Shown in pieces: positions 50,786 to 64,000 of a stretch of 64,000 bases of DNA. Under the pieces are notes generated by a model. The model saw nothing but the letters and a program-made list of their open reading frames with translations. It searched no databases and was not told where the DNA came from. A program made the position numbers and the translations under genes. Origin of the DNA: Neoechinorhynchus agilis (Eukaryota > Animalia > Acanthocephala); the NCBI GenBank assembly GCA_051530055.1, contig CM121341.1, positions 16,904,784 through 16,968,783 on the forward strand. The letters run 5' to 3'. Numbering within the stretch: position 1 is the stretch's first letter; every line of letters begins with the position of its first letter.

Positions 50786-50994
50786 ATTGTTGTGTAGTGG
50801 CGACAAAAATTATGTAAATTTATTATAGATATTTCGGCTCAATCCAAAATCATTATCAAGATTTTTTGCAAGTGTTTACGACGCTAGATCGTGACGTCGT
50901 AAACAATTGCAAACAATCTTGATAAAGGCTCTGGATTGAGCCGAAATATCGATTTAATAAATTTACATAATTTTTGTCGCCACTACACAACAAT
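50786..50994. repeat. ~209-bp imperfect palindrome containing a U3:A8 hammerhead variant
   Basis: Arms ATTGTTGTGTAGTGGCGACAAAAATTATGTAAATTTATTA... and its reverse complement; 50915-50954 reads AAUC-UUGAUAA-A-GGCUC-UGGAUU-GAGCC-GAAA-UAU-C-GAUU. Confidence 0.85.
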
Positions 50995-51200
50995 ATTTTT
51001 ATCAACAAATTTCTCGATATTTTCTAGTGCAGGGCGATTTTTTTGGGGAAGCTTGTACACTTGATATGATCTTTTAGAAACAAAAAAATTTTCGTCGGTT
51101 TTTTGGAATTTCACTTTTTAGTGTTTGTTCGACAACGACGGACGAATTCGATATTTTATATCGCAAAACCGATCGACTTCATTATCTATCATTTTTAGAT

Positions 51201-54177
51201 ATGGGCGTCCCTGCTTTTTTCCGATGGCTATCGTGCAAGTATCCGTCTATTTTAGTCTACGCCAACGAATCCTACAAATTCGGTCGTGGACCTGATTTTG
51301 ACTTTAATCGTGACGTGGATTTAACATTGCCGAACGCTAACAACGCAGAGTTCGATAATCTTTATCTGGATATGAATGGTATTATTCATCCGTGTACACA
51401 TCCGACGGACAAACCAGCGCCGAAATCCGAAGAGGAAATGATGCTTGCAATATTCTCTTATATTGATCGACTTATGGCAATTGTGAGACCAAGACGTCTC
51501 CTTTACATGGCCGTCGATGGAGTCGCACCACGAGCGAAGTTGAATCAGCAGCGATCTCGGCGGTTCAGATGTGGAAAGGAACGCTTAGTAAAAGAAGAGG
51601 AAATGGATAAGATTCGAAAAAAGCTGGAAAATGATCATGCGTACTTACCAAAGAGTGTGCCGTCGGATCATTTTGACAGTAATTGCATAACACCCGGAAC
51701 GGAATTCATGTGGCGTCTTTCAGAATATCTTCGTTTTTATATCGCCGATCGACTGGAAAATAATCCCGGCTGGGAGAGTCTTAAAGTTATTTTGTCGGAT
51801 GCCAGTGTTCCAGGCGAAGGCGAACACAAGGTTATGGATTTTATTCGAAAACAACGCTGCCAACCTGGGTATGACCCAAATACCCGACATTGTCTATGTG
51901 GAGCTGATGCTGATCTTATAATGCTCGGTCTTATTTCCCACGAACCTCATTTTACAGTCATACGAGAAGAATTCGTGTCCAATCAAGCCCCGATTTGCGA
52001 TTTATGCCGACAACGTGGTCATTATTTTAAAGATTGTATTGGTGTAGGAGAAAATGGCGGTCAAAGTGTGGGGGTTGATGAACCTCCGCCCATCCAATCT
52101 GAAGTAAGGTTTTTCTTCATCCGACTCGATGTTCTTAGAGAATATCTAAAACAGGAACTTGTAAGACAATGATCATCATCGGTTTCATTGTTTTTTATTT
52201 GAATTTTGAAAAAAATCAGTACAGCAGTGGCTTAAATGTATTGAAAATGATTAAGGATAAAAGGGAAGTTGAATGGTAGTGAACATAATCCCGGTTAAAG
52301 ATTCCTTTATTATTATGAAATATTTCGAAAGAGGAAACCTCGCCTCATCAGTCATTGTAAGTAAATCTAATCGACTAGAATCTTTAACCTGGATTATATT
52401 CACTATTATTCAATATTTACGATCCTGGAGAATCTTCTTGATATAATTAAGGATGAAAGGAATAACACCTCTTTAGAACTCTAGAAATTTTGATGATGCT
52501 TGTTGGTTAGATAAATGTGCTTTCCCTCGAGATTTAGAAAGATGCATAGATGATTGGGTTTTTATTTGCTTCTTCGTTGGAAACGATTTTCTTCCAAGCT
52601 TACCTTGTCTGGAGATCCGCGAAAAGGCGATTAACCACCTTGTCGACATGTACGAAGAATTGGTCACTGAGAGTGAAGGAAAAGCTTATCTTTGTGAAGA
52701 ATCTAACGGAGTTCCAAACATGAAAGTTATCAAGAAGTTGCTCGTTAAAATATCTTATTGTGAGGATGAAATAATGATCATTAAGCGTCAACAAGATCAA
52801 AGATTTAGAGAAAAACGAAATAGACAGCTGATTGAACAGGGAAAGGAACCTGAAGAACATCCAGATGATTATATAAGATTTGGAGATGATGGATATAAAA
52901 TGCGATATTATGTACAGAAGTTTAGAATCAAACCTGATGAAGTGGATACTGTAAGTAACGACGTGTCCAAACATTACGCTCGCGGTCTTTGTTGGGTTCT
53001 ACAATATTATTATAACGGGTGTCCGGCCTGGAATTGGTATTACCCTTATCATTATGCGCCATTCGCTTCGGATTTTATATCCGGACACGTATTGTCCACA
53101 ACGGACAAAAGTTTTGAGGAAGATTCCAGCAAACCGTTTTCGCCGATGCAACAACTCATGGCAGTGTATCCAGCATCGAGCTCTTCTCTTTTACCTGAAC
53201 CATTTCGGGATCTAATGTCAAATCCTCAATCACCGATTATTGACTTTTATCCGAGTAGCTTCGAGTTGGATAGGAACGGAAAACGATTTGATTGGCAATC
53301 AGTTGTTCTGCTTCCATTTATAGAAGAAAAGCGATTATTAAAGCACGTAGTTCCAATTGAACGGGATTTGTTAACTGAATCAGAGAAAAAGCGGAACGAA
53401 TTGGGATCGGATAAATTATTCTTTAAAGTCGATAAACCCAATTTTCTTACTGATGAAGCTTTCTCGACATTCGCTCAATATATTTTGGAAATCAAAAAAG
53501 GAAATGCTCATTGTAAACAAGGCATAAGTAAAATACTTGGAAATATCTTTGGAAAAGTTAAGTTCGATGGATCAGGACCTAACATTGGCGACAAATTCGA
53601 AGCCCCCATCGAGGGTTTACAAGCAATTACGGAGATTAAATCCGTTTGCTTAAATTTTAAGAACCCGTCAATCAAAGATGGTGTAAAATGGATTGGTAAA
53701 CTTTTGCCAAATGTGAAATTACCTGAACCGCTGCTGAAACTAAGTCTTATGAGTAAAAATCATTCGAATTATCAACGCAACGAAAATAATAACGTTTATA
53801 GGAAAAACCGAGAACATTTAGGAAGAAATCGGTCCTTTCCTTATTCACGAAGTTCAGACGCTTCTCAATATGCTCCACATCCCCAACGAGTCGATCGTAC
53901 GGAACCTCGCTCACCAGCTGGGGATCGAAACTATCACAATGTTATTCGAGCGAATAATCGCTATGAACCATACAGACCAGTGATTGGTTTTAATACAAGA
54001 GCAAGAGGACCTTCAATTCGTCCGATGCCGATACAACGCATGGTTGAACATCACGATCAAGCTTTTAATAGAGATTTGTGGCAATTGAGGAATAGGTATC
54101 CACAATATCAAAGTGGAAGGTTTGGAAGGGACAACGAAGATGAACCATCTCGATCTAATAGATTTCAAAGAAGATAG
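51201..54177 (+). CDS. XRN2: 5'-3' exoribonuclease 2 (~886 aa), two exons (51201-52160, 52477-54177)
   Basis: MGVPAFFRW, DNLYLDMNGIIHPC, GVAPRAK..QQRSRRF, FDSNCITPGT, PGEGEHK, CCHC knuckle, DDWVF..FFVGNDFLP, WYYPYHYAPFASD; canonical phase-0 GTAAGA..TTTAG intron of 316 nt. Confidence 0.95.
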
Positions 54178-54479
54178 TCTAATGGAATTTCTGCTTTTGT
54201 GTGATTGTTGTCTGTACCTACATTGCTTGTTTTCTACAATGAGTCGTGTGGTAAAGTTATTATGTAAAGGGCAACTTAGAATGCGAAACCGTTCGGCTAA
54301 GAAATGTGACTCTAAATCTTGCTTAATTTTGAATGCAATTGCTGCTAAATTTTAGAAACCAAATTCATTTTACTCTTCAAAAATTTTGTTTCGCAAAATA
54401 TTTCGTTCTTAATGTAAATCTAATCTTGGAGCTTGCTTAAAGTTGGTTCCGAATTGAAACTCTAAATTTACCGATTATC

Positions 54480-55640
54480 TCACTTCTTGGCGATGACGAT
54501 TAGCCCACTGCTTCAGATAACGAGTTCATATTTGCATAATGTAAAGGGGATTGCTTAATTCTCTGATTGCGAGATGCAATGACTCAAATGGTAGCCAAGT
54601 TATGTCTCTTGATGTTGTCTCGCTCTATGCGAACGTCGACAATGAGGGAGCGGCATGTGTACTTGAAAAGCGGCTGAATGAGAAAGAGGACTTAAATATA
54701 TTCGTAATGCTACCGACGGTCGCATTTCATTTTCGATATAACGACCGATGTTACAGGCAAATCCGTGGACTGTAATGGGAAACAGCCTTGCTACCGTCTT
54801 GGAAATGCAGTACAAATTCTCGCATGTAACGCCGAGCCAAATTTATCTCCATTATGTGGATGATGTGTTGTTCACTTGCAGCGAGGATTGTGAGGTCGAC
54901 GACAATGAAAGGAGGTTGAATTCGATGGATCCTATTGAAGGGAATAAGGTGACGCGAGACAAACCGTCGGATTATCTACCATCTCTCAATTTGTACTTCA
55001 AAGTTAATGACATCACTGATTTCAGCTGGTTTCGCAAACCATGGCGATAGACAGGGTGAACGAAATTTTCGCGGATAATGGATATACACATAACGATATC
55101 ATGCGATCCCAGCAGCGGTGTGAAAGAGGTGAAACGAAAAGATGATCGTTCACACAATCGATATGGAGGAAACCCGATTCTCAGGATATATCCACAGAAG
55201 TGCGCCTACACTTAATCGAATTCTGTCGAGAATTGGACATCATAAAGCACCGGAAGCATGCCAAGCATCGTTCATTGAAGTGTACGCACACACCAGGGAA
55301 AATTATGGACACAAATGACCGACAATGTTCGATTTGAACGCGTAGCTTCGTGGTCTACAAGATTACCCGCGAACGATGTTTTGCCGATGACAATTGCGGG
55401 GTCATCTACATCGGGAAAACTGAACGGCCTTTTGAATCAACGTGTGACGCCACGCCACGGATAAAGTACCACTCAGAGTACCACAGCTAGCCAAGAAGTA
55501 AAACTCTCCATGCGACTTAGGCTTCTGACCAAGGGCACGGAGGAACTATCTAAACATCGTTACGCCCGCCTTCAACAATTGCACGAAAGACCCCCCACGA
55601 AGCGAGCATCAGTGAACTACACTAACGATGTAACGAATGA
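54480..55640 (+). mobile_element. Penelope-like element fragment (RT + GIY-YIG)
   Basis: MSLDVVSLYANV, CYRQIRG..MGNSL, YLHYVDDVLF, VIYIGKTER. Confidence 0.85.
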
Positions 55641-56159
55641 GATGATCCACTCGATTATGAAGACCAATGTTTGAGTTCTGTTGTACAATAATAAAGGCAA
55701 ATATTTTCAAGCGTAAGGTTAGCAAAATACATTGCGCTCAATGTGATCAGGTGCAAAACAGACAAACGACGTAGGACATTTGGAGGAGAATCGTCCAACA
55801 TAAACCGGCCTGTCGCCGTTTCGAACATGCATTTGTCATATCGAACCATCAGGATACTATGCAACATCGCGCAGATTTTCATGGCATGTATTTTGTAGAA
55901 AATGGGCCAAATCTTGGAATAGGGCTTGCTGTTGAGGCCTTAACAAAACTTTTGTTTAAAACTACCCACCAGCGACCTGTTAATAATAAATGAAAAACAT
56001 TACACAACGAAGAGGTACGAGCGGGCATCCGTTCTCGAACCTCGGGAATGGCGATCCTGCGCACTCGATCTATACAATACAAAACAATTAAAACTTTTTA
56101 GATGACTGAAGAGGTGACGCTTCTTCGCGAAATATTTCACATCAATAAAATATATTTTA

Positions 56160-57165
56160 TCCGACCTCATAGACCATTCACTACTCCTCCAGGCCTGTTC
56201 CTATTTCGGTTTAAGCTCGTGGCCGATCCACTGGCCGGCCTGTTATCTTCACAATCGCCAACAATACTTTCAGTGCCTGGCTACCTTCTCGATCACCCAA
56301 TAATCCACCAAAGGCGTACTTCAAGGTGCCGCCCTGCTTCCACTTGTTTTAATATTTTCTTAAACGAACTTAAACCCTTCTTCACTAAATCACCCCCACC
56401 TCTCCCCCCCTTAACATCTAAAGAAATCAATCATCCACATCAAAGATTTCTGCACCGACCAGAAACTTTACCTGAATTCTCTAAATGCTTCGAAATGATC
56501 CCCTCAATTTTATCCGATCTTCCAAATGGCATCCGACGAGACAACTCCCTCAGACCTATAAAATTTACCTCCTCAAACGCTTACGCCTTTAGGAGCCCCT
56601 TTGTCAGATCTCCAAATTTTACTACAGCTTTATTAAACCTTCCATCACCTACGGTTACCCGGTCTTTTGCAACCTATCCTAATCTTAAATCCGTCGTCTT
56701 GAAATGTTTCATAAAAAAGTTTCTAAAATTTGCACAGCTGACTTTCCCCCTCTCACCGAATGGATTGATACTATTTTCATAAAACAATCAAAACGCCTCA
56801 ACCCTACCACCACAATTTCTACCACATTTTATTCCTTTTTCACATGAGAACAACACTCGCAATCCCAATTAATTTCATCCTCGCTCTACCTCCGCTTCGT
56901 TTTCCATACTGTTTAGTATTCGCGGATTTCATAAACCGAAATGAACTTGAGGAAAAACCAACCTCACAAGCTCTCCTGCAAACAATAACCACTAACTTTC
57001 TCAACCCGATTGGAACCGTAATCCACTCCAAAATAAACAACTACATTCGCTCTTCTGCAAACAATAACTGCCAACTTTCTCAACCGGACTGGAACCGTCA
57101 TCCACTCCAAAGAACTACATTTAAGGCACCTGTTTAAGGATAAAACGTGTTATTGTTATAAGCCT
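56160..57165 (+). mobile_element. CR1/L2-like LINE 3' fragments
   Basis: C/T-rich; shares blocks with 59440-60110; ends ..ATAAAACGTGTTATTGTT. Confidence 0.6.
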
Positions 57166-57501
57166 TCACCAACTATCCCAGCCCGACCAGAATCGTAATC
57201 CACTCCGAAATAAACAGCCACCTCGCCTTCAAGGAACCTCTACAGAACTCGAGTGTTCGCAAATTCGAGTGTTCACGAGGATCCATAGGTAGACGGTTCC
57301 TCTTATTTGTTCAAGAATAAAACCTATTATTATCACCGCCACAATTCAAACTTTATCACCTCGAAAGATTTTCTCTCTATGATTATTAAACGCTGGGTAA
57401 GCGGCCGAAATTGAACACCTTTGATTTATTAAAATATATTTCGGCATAAGTTTTGCATCTTTCGTATCGGTAATGGGGACTATAGCCCTATTGATCCTAA
57501 G

Positions 57502-58321
57502 ATGAATTTTCCAATGTTCATGCTGCACCGTATTGGATTTCGAATTCTATTAAAAAGTACACGACCTTCGATTATGCATTGTGGACCTCCACCGTTCGCT
57601 TTCTACTGCACGAAAATGCTCACAAAATCCAGTATATTGACTATTCCCAACGCGCTATCTGTAGCCCGTTTGGCTATTTCACCGTATATCGGCTACCTTG
57701 TCGCTTACGATCGATTCGAGACTGCAATCGCGATCACGATTGCGGCTTCGGTTTCTGATTTTCTAGATGGATACATCGCAAGAAAGGGGCACTCCAGTCA
57801 TGTTGGAAAAATTCTAGATCCATTAAAATGAACGATTATTGATTTAGTTCTTGTTGTATAAGTAGTCATCCGCTTCTGAGCAAGCGTTTTCGTTCACAAA
57901 AATCAACTAATTTTTCATAATGTACAAACTCAATAATCGTTCAGTAGCAGATAAGGTTCTCGTGACTTCTCTTGCCCTTGGATTTCACTCGTGCTGCCTT
58001 GGATTTGAACTAATGCCAACATGGCTAGCATCAATCATAATCGGTCGAGATATTATTCTAACAACAGGAGCCGTGGTTTTAAAGACGGCTTCAACTGAGC
58101 CACTTGACGTACAACCCAGTTTTCTTTCAAAATTCAATACCGCACTTCAGTTGTCTTATTTTTGCCTGTGCTTATTAGCATCGCCCATCGAATCAACAAG
58201 GAGTTTTTTCATCTCTGATACGGGACACAAGATGTTTCTATGTTTTCATGGTGCTCTCTCAATAACAACAATCGGTTCTGGATTACAATACGCTTTTAAA
58301 CCTGGACTTGTCCGTCGATAA
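57502..58321 (+). CDS. CRLS1: Cardiolipin synthase (CDP-alcohol phosphatidyltransferase, ~232 aa) split by a 121-bp non-GT-AG insertion
   Basis: TIPNALSVARL, SDFLDGYIARK-x7-G-x3-D-P-L | A-D-KVLV, IIIGRD, PSFLSKFNTALQL. The motif DGxxAR..GxxxDxxxD is completed only if 121 bp are removed at ~57824-57946. Confidence 0.85.
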
Positions 58322-58389
58322 ATCGCTAGGTGAATTTTAGAATATCACGAGTGCATATTTCCATATACGTCGTAAAAACTTACAAACAA

Positions 58390-58425
58390 CCTTGATAAAG
58401 GCACAAGATTGTGCCGAAATATCGG
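58390..58425 (+). ncRNA. Minimal hammerhead, U3:A8 variant (related copies at 58502-58540, 59222-59260, 61515-61550)
   Basis: CC-UUGAUAA-A-GGCAC-AAGAUU-GUGCC-GAAA-UAU-C-GG. Confidence 0.6.
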
Positions 58426-59439
58426 ATTTAATGAAATTACTTCAATGTTTCCGCCATTAAAAACAATTGTGTGATCTCTTAAGTATTTACAGCAAAAACA
58501 ACCTTGATAAAGGCACAATATTATGTCTACGAAATATCGGACCTTATAAATTACTTCATTTTTTCCGCTATACGAAAACATGAATATCGATAAAAAAATC
58601 CTTCAAGTTAGTCAAAGTATTATTTTGGTGACAATAATCCCGGTAATAGCATATTTGATTTTGATTTATTGGAAATATTTCGCGAGGCGACCTCGCCTCA
58701 TCAACAATGACTGATAAACCAGTTTCTATTTTTATAAATTGAATACAATCCAAGATAAAATATATTTAAATCTTCTGAATGGATGATCGTTTTGACCAAT
58801 TCTTGCATTTCCCTTGATGTATGGATAAAACAACGTAATAATGAATGATATCATCCGATCATAATCTCCCGGATGAAACATGTTTTATTGAGATATTTCG
58901 TGAATAAGTGGACATACGGTCCAAGCTCTTCGGCAATGGTGATCATCGGAAACCCGAGCCATTTTATTGAAAAGCGATCCAGAATTAGGATAAAAACATC
59001 TCCATTAAAAATATTGGAAATTGTAACGATATGGAAATCGTTGAATTTTTTAAAAGGTTAAAAAATATAATTTCTGATAATTTTAGACAAGAAGGTAAAA
59101 TCGCACAGAGTAAAAATGTACAATTAACAATGTGAACTAGCAGTTGACCAAAAAACGTCAATCTTCATCGAAAGAAACTAAAAGACCGATTTTCAATTGT
59201 TGTAATTTTTCTCAATAAAAACCTTGATAGAAAGGTGCATGTTTATGCCGAAATATCGGATTCAATAAATTACTTCAATTTTTCGGTCATAGGAAAAACA
59301 TGAATAATTCAATCTTTAAACGATTTTCAATTATTGGTGAATTAATTCAACTTCAGACAAGAAGGGACGTTCTTCTTTTCGACTTTATCGTCCTTCTTAA
59401 TGATCTTCATTTATCAATCGTAGGCGATCCAACAAAACA

Positions 59440-60645
<1,206 letters not shown>

Positions 60646-63600
60646 CAGATTTTAAATTTGAGGTTCAAATCGTCCGAAGTAAATTCGGTCGTAAGAAGAT
60701 AAAATGTATTTAAAAGATTTATCTTCACTCACGGGAAGCCGTACTTTCTACGACTTCAATCTTCGTTTTTCAGTCTTATTTGCGCAGTTCACCTTTTGAA
60801 TGAACGACGTTTCTTCAACAGAATACGATCCCGAAACAATGAAATGAGCTCATCTGAGTGCTCACGCTATTTCCGTTGTTCGCATTTTTGAAATGTTTAT
60901 ATTTAACTTGGAGTCGCCCGTTTTGCCACCCATATTTTTGCAAAGTTAGAGTACGGAAATTATACAATGGAATTTTTGCTGAAACTAGTTACACCAATAT
61001 TCGAACCATGGTCACTGACCGTAGATGTCATTCACTCATTTGGATCAGATCTTATCGACTTTTTTCACGCCGTCATGGAGGACACGGCTGCAGCTTTTAA
61101 CGACACTTGGCAGAGGTTTACGATGGCCTAATCGAAGTTCGATTTACTGATCATTTAATATTTGTTTGTGTTTAAATGTCCGTGAGATTTCGGTTCGAAA
61201 ACGTAGATGATTTTACATGGAAATGATTTCACACCACGATTCGTCCAATTTTTAGTTGGCTGTAGTTGCTCCAAATAATCATTATCTTTGTTCGATTTGG
61301 ACTTTAGAGCAGCGCATAATAATGATTTAACTTTAAGTGAAGCATTCTTTAAAAGCTTTATGACTGAGCAATAATTAAATACGTCTTCAGTAAAGCCAGA
61401 ATGTGCTTTAGAAAATATTTATTATAAATATATTTTTAAGGTTTGCATCTGGCGTAAAAATTAAAAGAATTTATTGCTTTCAATATTTCGGCACAATCTT
61501 GTGCCTGCAAACAACCTTGATAAAGGCACAATTCTATGCCGAAATATTGGAATGAATAAATGCATTTAATTTTTAGGCCAGGTACAAACAAATATATTTT
61601 TGTGCTTATTGACAAAACAGGCTTCCGCTTGCTTTTCCCTGCCTTTTAAACCTTCCATTGTTTCTGAATCGATTGGAGCACCTTAAAATATTTTTAGAAT
61701 TAAATGCATCAATACTTCCATAATTCACCAGATCACCTTCAAGCTGCATACAATTGAAGTTGTGAACCAAAAATAAAGGCTCCAATTTAAAATCAAAATT
61801 TCGTGTAAAATTAACCAACCCAAAGCATTATAATAAGTCAAGTGATGTAAAAGATGGATTTTAAGTACACTTTAAGCAAGTTCCATTTTTCTCTGTAATG
61901 TTTACGCAGTTCGCCTGTCAAACGAACGACAATTCCACCTTTTGAAAATAACCTGAAACGTAAAAGTAAACTCAGCTCACGTTAATATTCAAATAGGATT
62001 CACCCATCTTTCACATCGGTCTCACTCATTTAAATCAGATTTAATAGATTTTCTTCATAAAGTTATGGAAGTCAGCGCCAAGGCGTTCAAAAAATGTGGG
62101 ACGATGATCTGAAGCCATTTTAGGCTGACCAAAATCTAGATCTTAAACGCCAAAGGTATCAATTGAATAATAATCAAATGAAAGACCGACGACTTGCTTT
62201 AAACCGCTGCAGTTCGCGATAAAATTCATGACTTGATTTCAAGTCATATTATACTTTTACGATGAAAAGATACCTTAAAGTATCATTCACGAATTTTAGT
62301 TAAGAATGTTTTCCAATGCACCACCTACTTAGAGCGTAAAAAAACGAAATCATGACAAGTGAAAATAACTGAATTTCCGAACTTAGAAAATTCGTCCACT
62401 GGTATTCGAATCTATAACATTTTTAAAAGCGCAACGCAATTTCTGCAAAATCTCGAGAACTCCGGTGCGCTTAAAAGAGAAATCATTTTTAGACATAATA
62501 ATACATATTCGCATTTTGCCATTTAGAAAAATCAAAGTTTATTTTTGTCTTTGGAATAACATTACAAATGCTAACTGTCTCTGCGTTTAATCTTCCAAAT
62601 AAAAAACTACTTTTTCTTTGCAGAAAAGGATGTTTTTATTGTTGTGGATAAATCCCCAATGCTAAAACTCGTTATTTATAAAATAATCAACGAAAAGAAA
62701 CAATGGGAAGTTTTGTCAATAAATCGTTTTATTTTTCGTTTTCCAAGTATAGTAGAACTACTTTTTGTTGCAAATGAATTTTACGTTCCTTACCGGTTTT
62801 GTAGATTCTGTTCTACAATTTTCCATTCATTTTTCGCATTAATTTTTATTGTTAAAATTGTTAATAATGGTTACGTGGATTTAAAGGAAACACGATTTTT
62901 TTGTCTTAGAGTTTATTGAACCGGTTTTAGGGATCACTGTACGAATATATTTAAACATTGTCGTATTATCTGGGTGCAATGATTGTGAAATAATCTTTGC
63001 ATCGAAAATTGAGGTTTTCTATTAATTTTTTAACAATTTAATGCAGATATATATATTGAATCAATACAATTCGAAGCTTAACTGCGGCGAAAAGAATTGT
63101 TTTTATAAATGGACAATTCTTTGCGCTAAAATTTGTCGATGCCGTCATTTTAAGTTTGAATTGGATAAAAACGCATTTAGAACAAACCACGCGCTATTTT
63201 CTAAAAATAAAAAGGAATCTGTCGATACGCGAGATACCGGATTAATTGATTGAATTTGGTTTTTTCATTCAGAATATTCGCTATGTAAGTGGGAATTAAG
63301 CTGAAGGTCACCCTCCAGCTTTTAAAGATTGAATCCATTGCTCCGATGAAGCCTCACAGCCCTAGTTCTAAACTAATCTTGCGAAATACTATTGTCAGCC
63401 GCATGATTGATCAAGTTTTGCTTTCGAAAATTTTTTTTAGCATTTTCGAGCCTCCGCCGTCTTACGGCTTAGGTTCAGGAATTTTTTAATTGTTTTATTT
63501 CCACAATCTCAAGTTCCCTTGACTCGTTGTTATTTAGGTCGCTTATCAACATCCACGAGGGATTATTGAAGAAGAATGTACACTTCGACTAATTGAGTCA

Positions 63601-64000
63601 GTCATTTTATCAATTCGCTTGTTTTTGCTAAGGAAAATACAAGAAACCCCGTGATTTTCCCGAAAGAAGTTTCAAATCGCGTGTATAACTGAAATATTTT
63701 CAAGGATCAAAAGAGTTTCTGACGAGTGCAGTTCTTTTTCCTAGTGCTACATTTCCTTTAAAATCTTAAATTGAGACCAAAAGCTGATGATCCGAGAACA
63801 GGGACATTCCTCCTTAAAACATTAGGCTGGTTGTGCAACGGGGGGGGAGCGCTGCATCCGACCTATTGACCATTACAAAATGGACGGCAAAACGGCGATT
63901 TAATGATTAAAATAAACGCCAATAACGCATGAAACTACATTCCCGTCATTTTGAAACATTCAGATGAGCTCTTGCGTGTTCTACAAATTCCGAAGCGACC

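Noticed and set aside
55655-55945. Possible ~95-codon coding exon on the minus strand
   Set aside because: No recognisable homology, start or partner exons; wedged between PLE fragments.
60660-64000. Possible small multi-exon genes (e.g. minus 62030-61830 MSETDVKDG|LFSKGG..., plus 63260-63490)
   Set aside because: Splice-like sites exist, but I could not build a consistent open model or recognise a product.

Overview
Eukaryotic (invertebrate-metazoan-like) genomic DNA: compact genes with very short introns (mostly 39-59 nt, one candidate of 23 nt) lie among many decayed non-LTR retrotransposons (RTE, CR1/L2-like, CRE-like RLE, a compact APE-RT LINE family) and Penelope-like elements (PLEs) carrying minimal hammerhead ribozymes. 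Recognisable host genes are two disco/basonuclin-like zinc-finger copies, NudCD1, a 5' fragment of mitochondrial PheRS (FARS2), COX6A, RPS23, a RasGEF (CDC25) gene, a furin/kexin-like convertase, XRN2 and cardiolipin synthase (CRLS1). The most striking observation is that two otherwise intact genes (NudCD1 twice, CRLS1 once) are interrupted by short (39, 47, 121 bp) hairpin-forming segments flanked by a duplicated TA. These segments share end motifs (TA-N2-3-TGA ... ATCGT-N3-4-TA) and cannot be removed by GT-AG splicing without destroying conserved residues, although ordinary GT-AG introns occur in neighbouring genes. They are candidates for an undescribed class of non-canonical introns or IES-like, DNA-excised segments. 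Gene identities rest on motifs recalled from memory, not on database searches, and TE boundaries are approximate.
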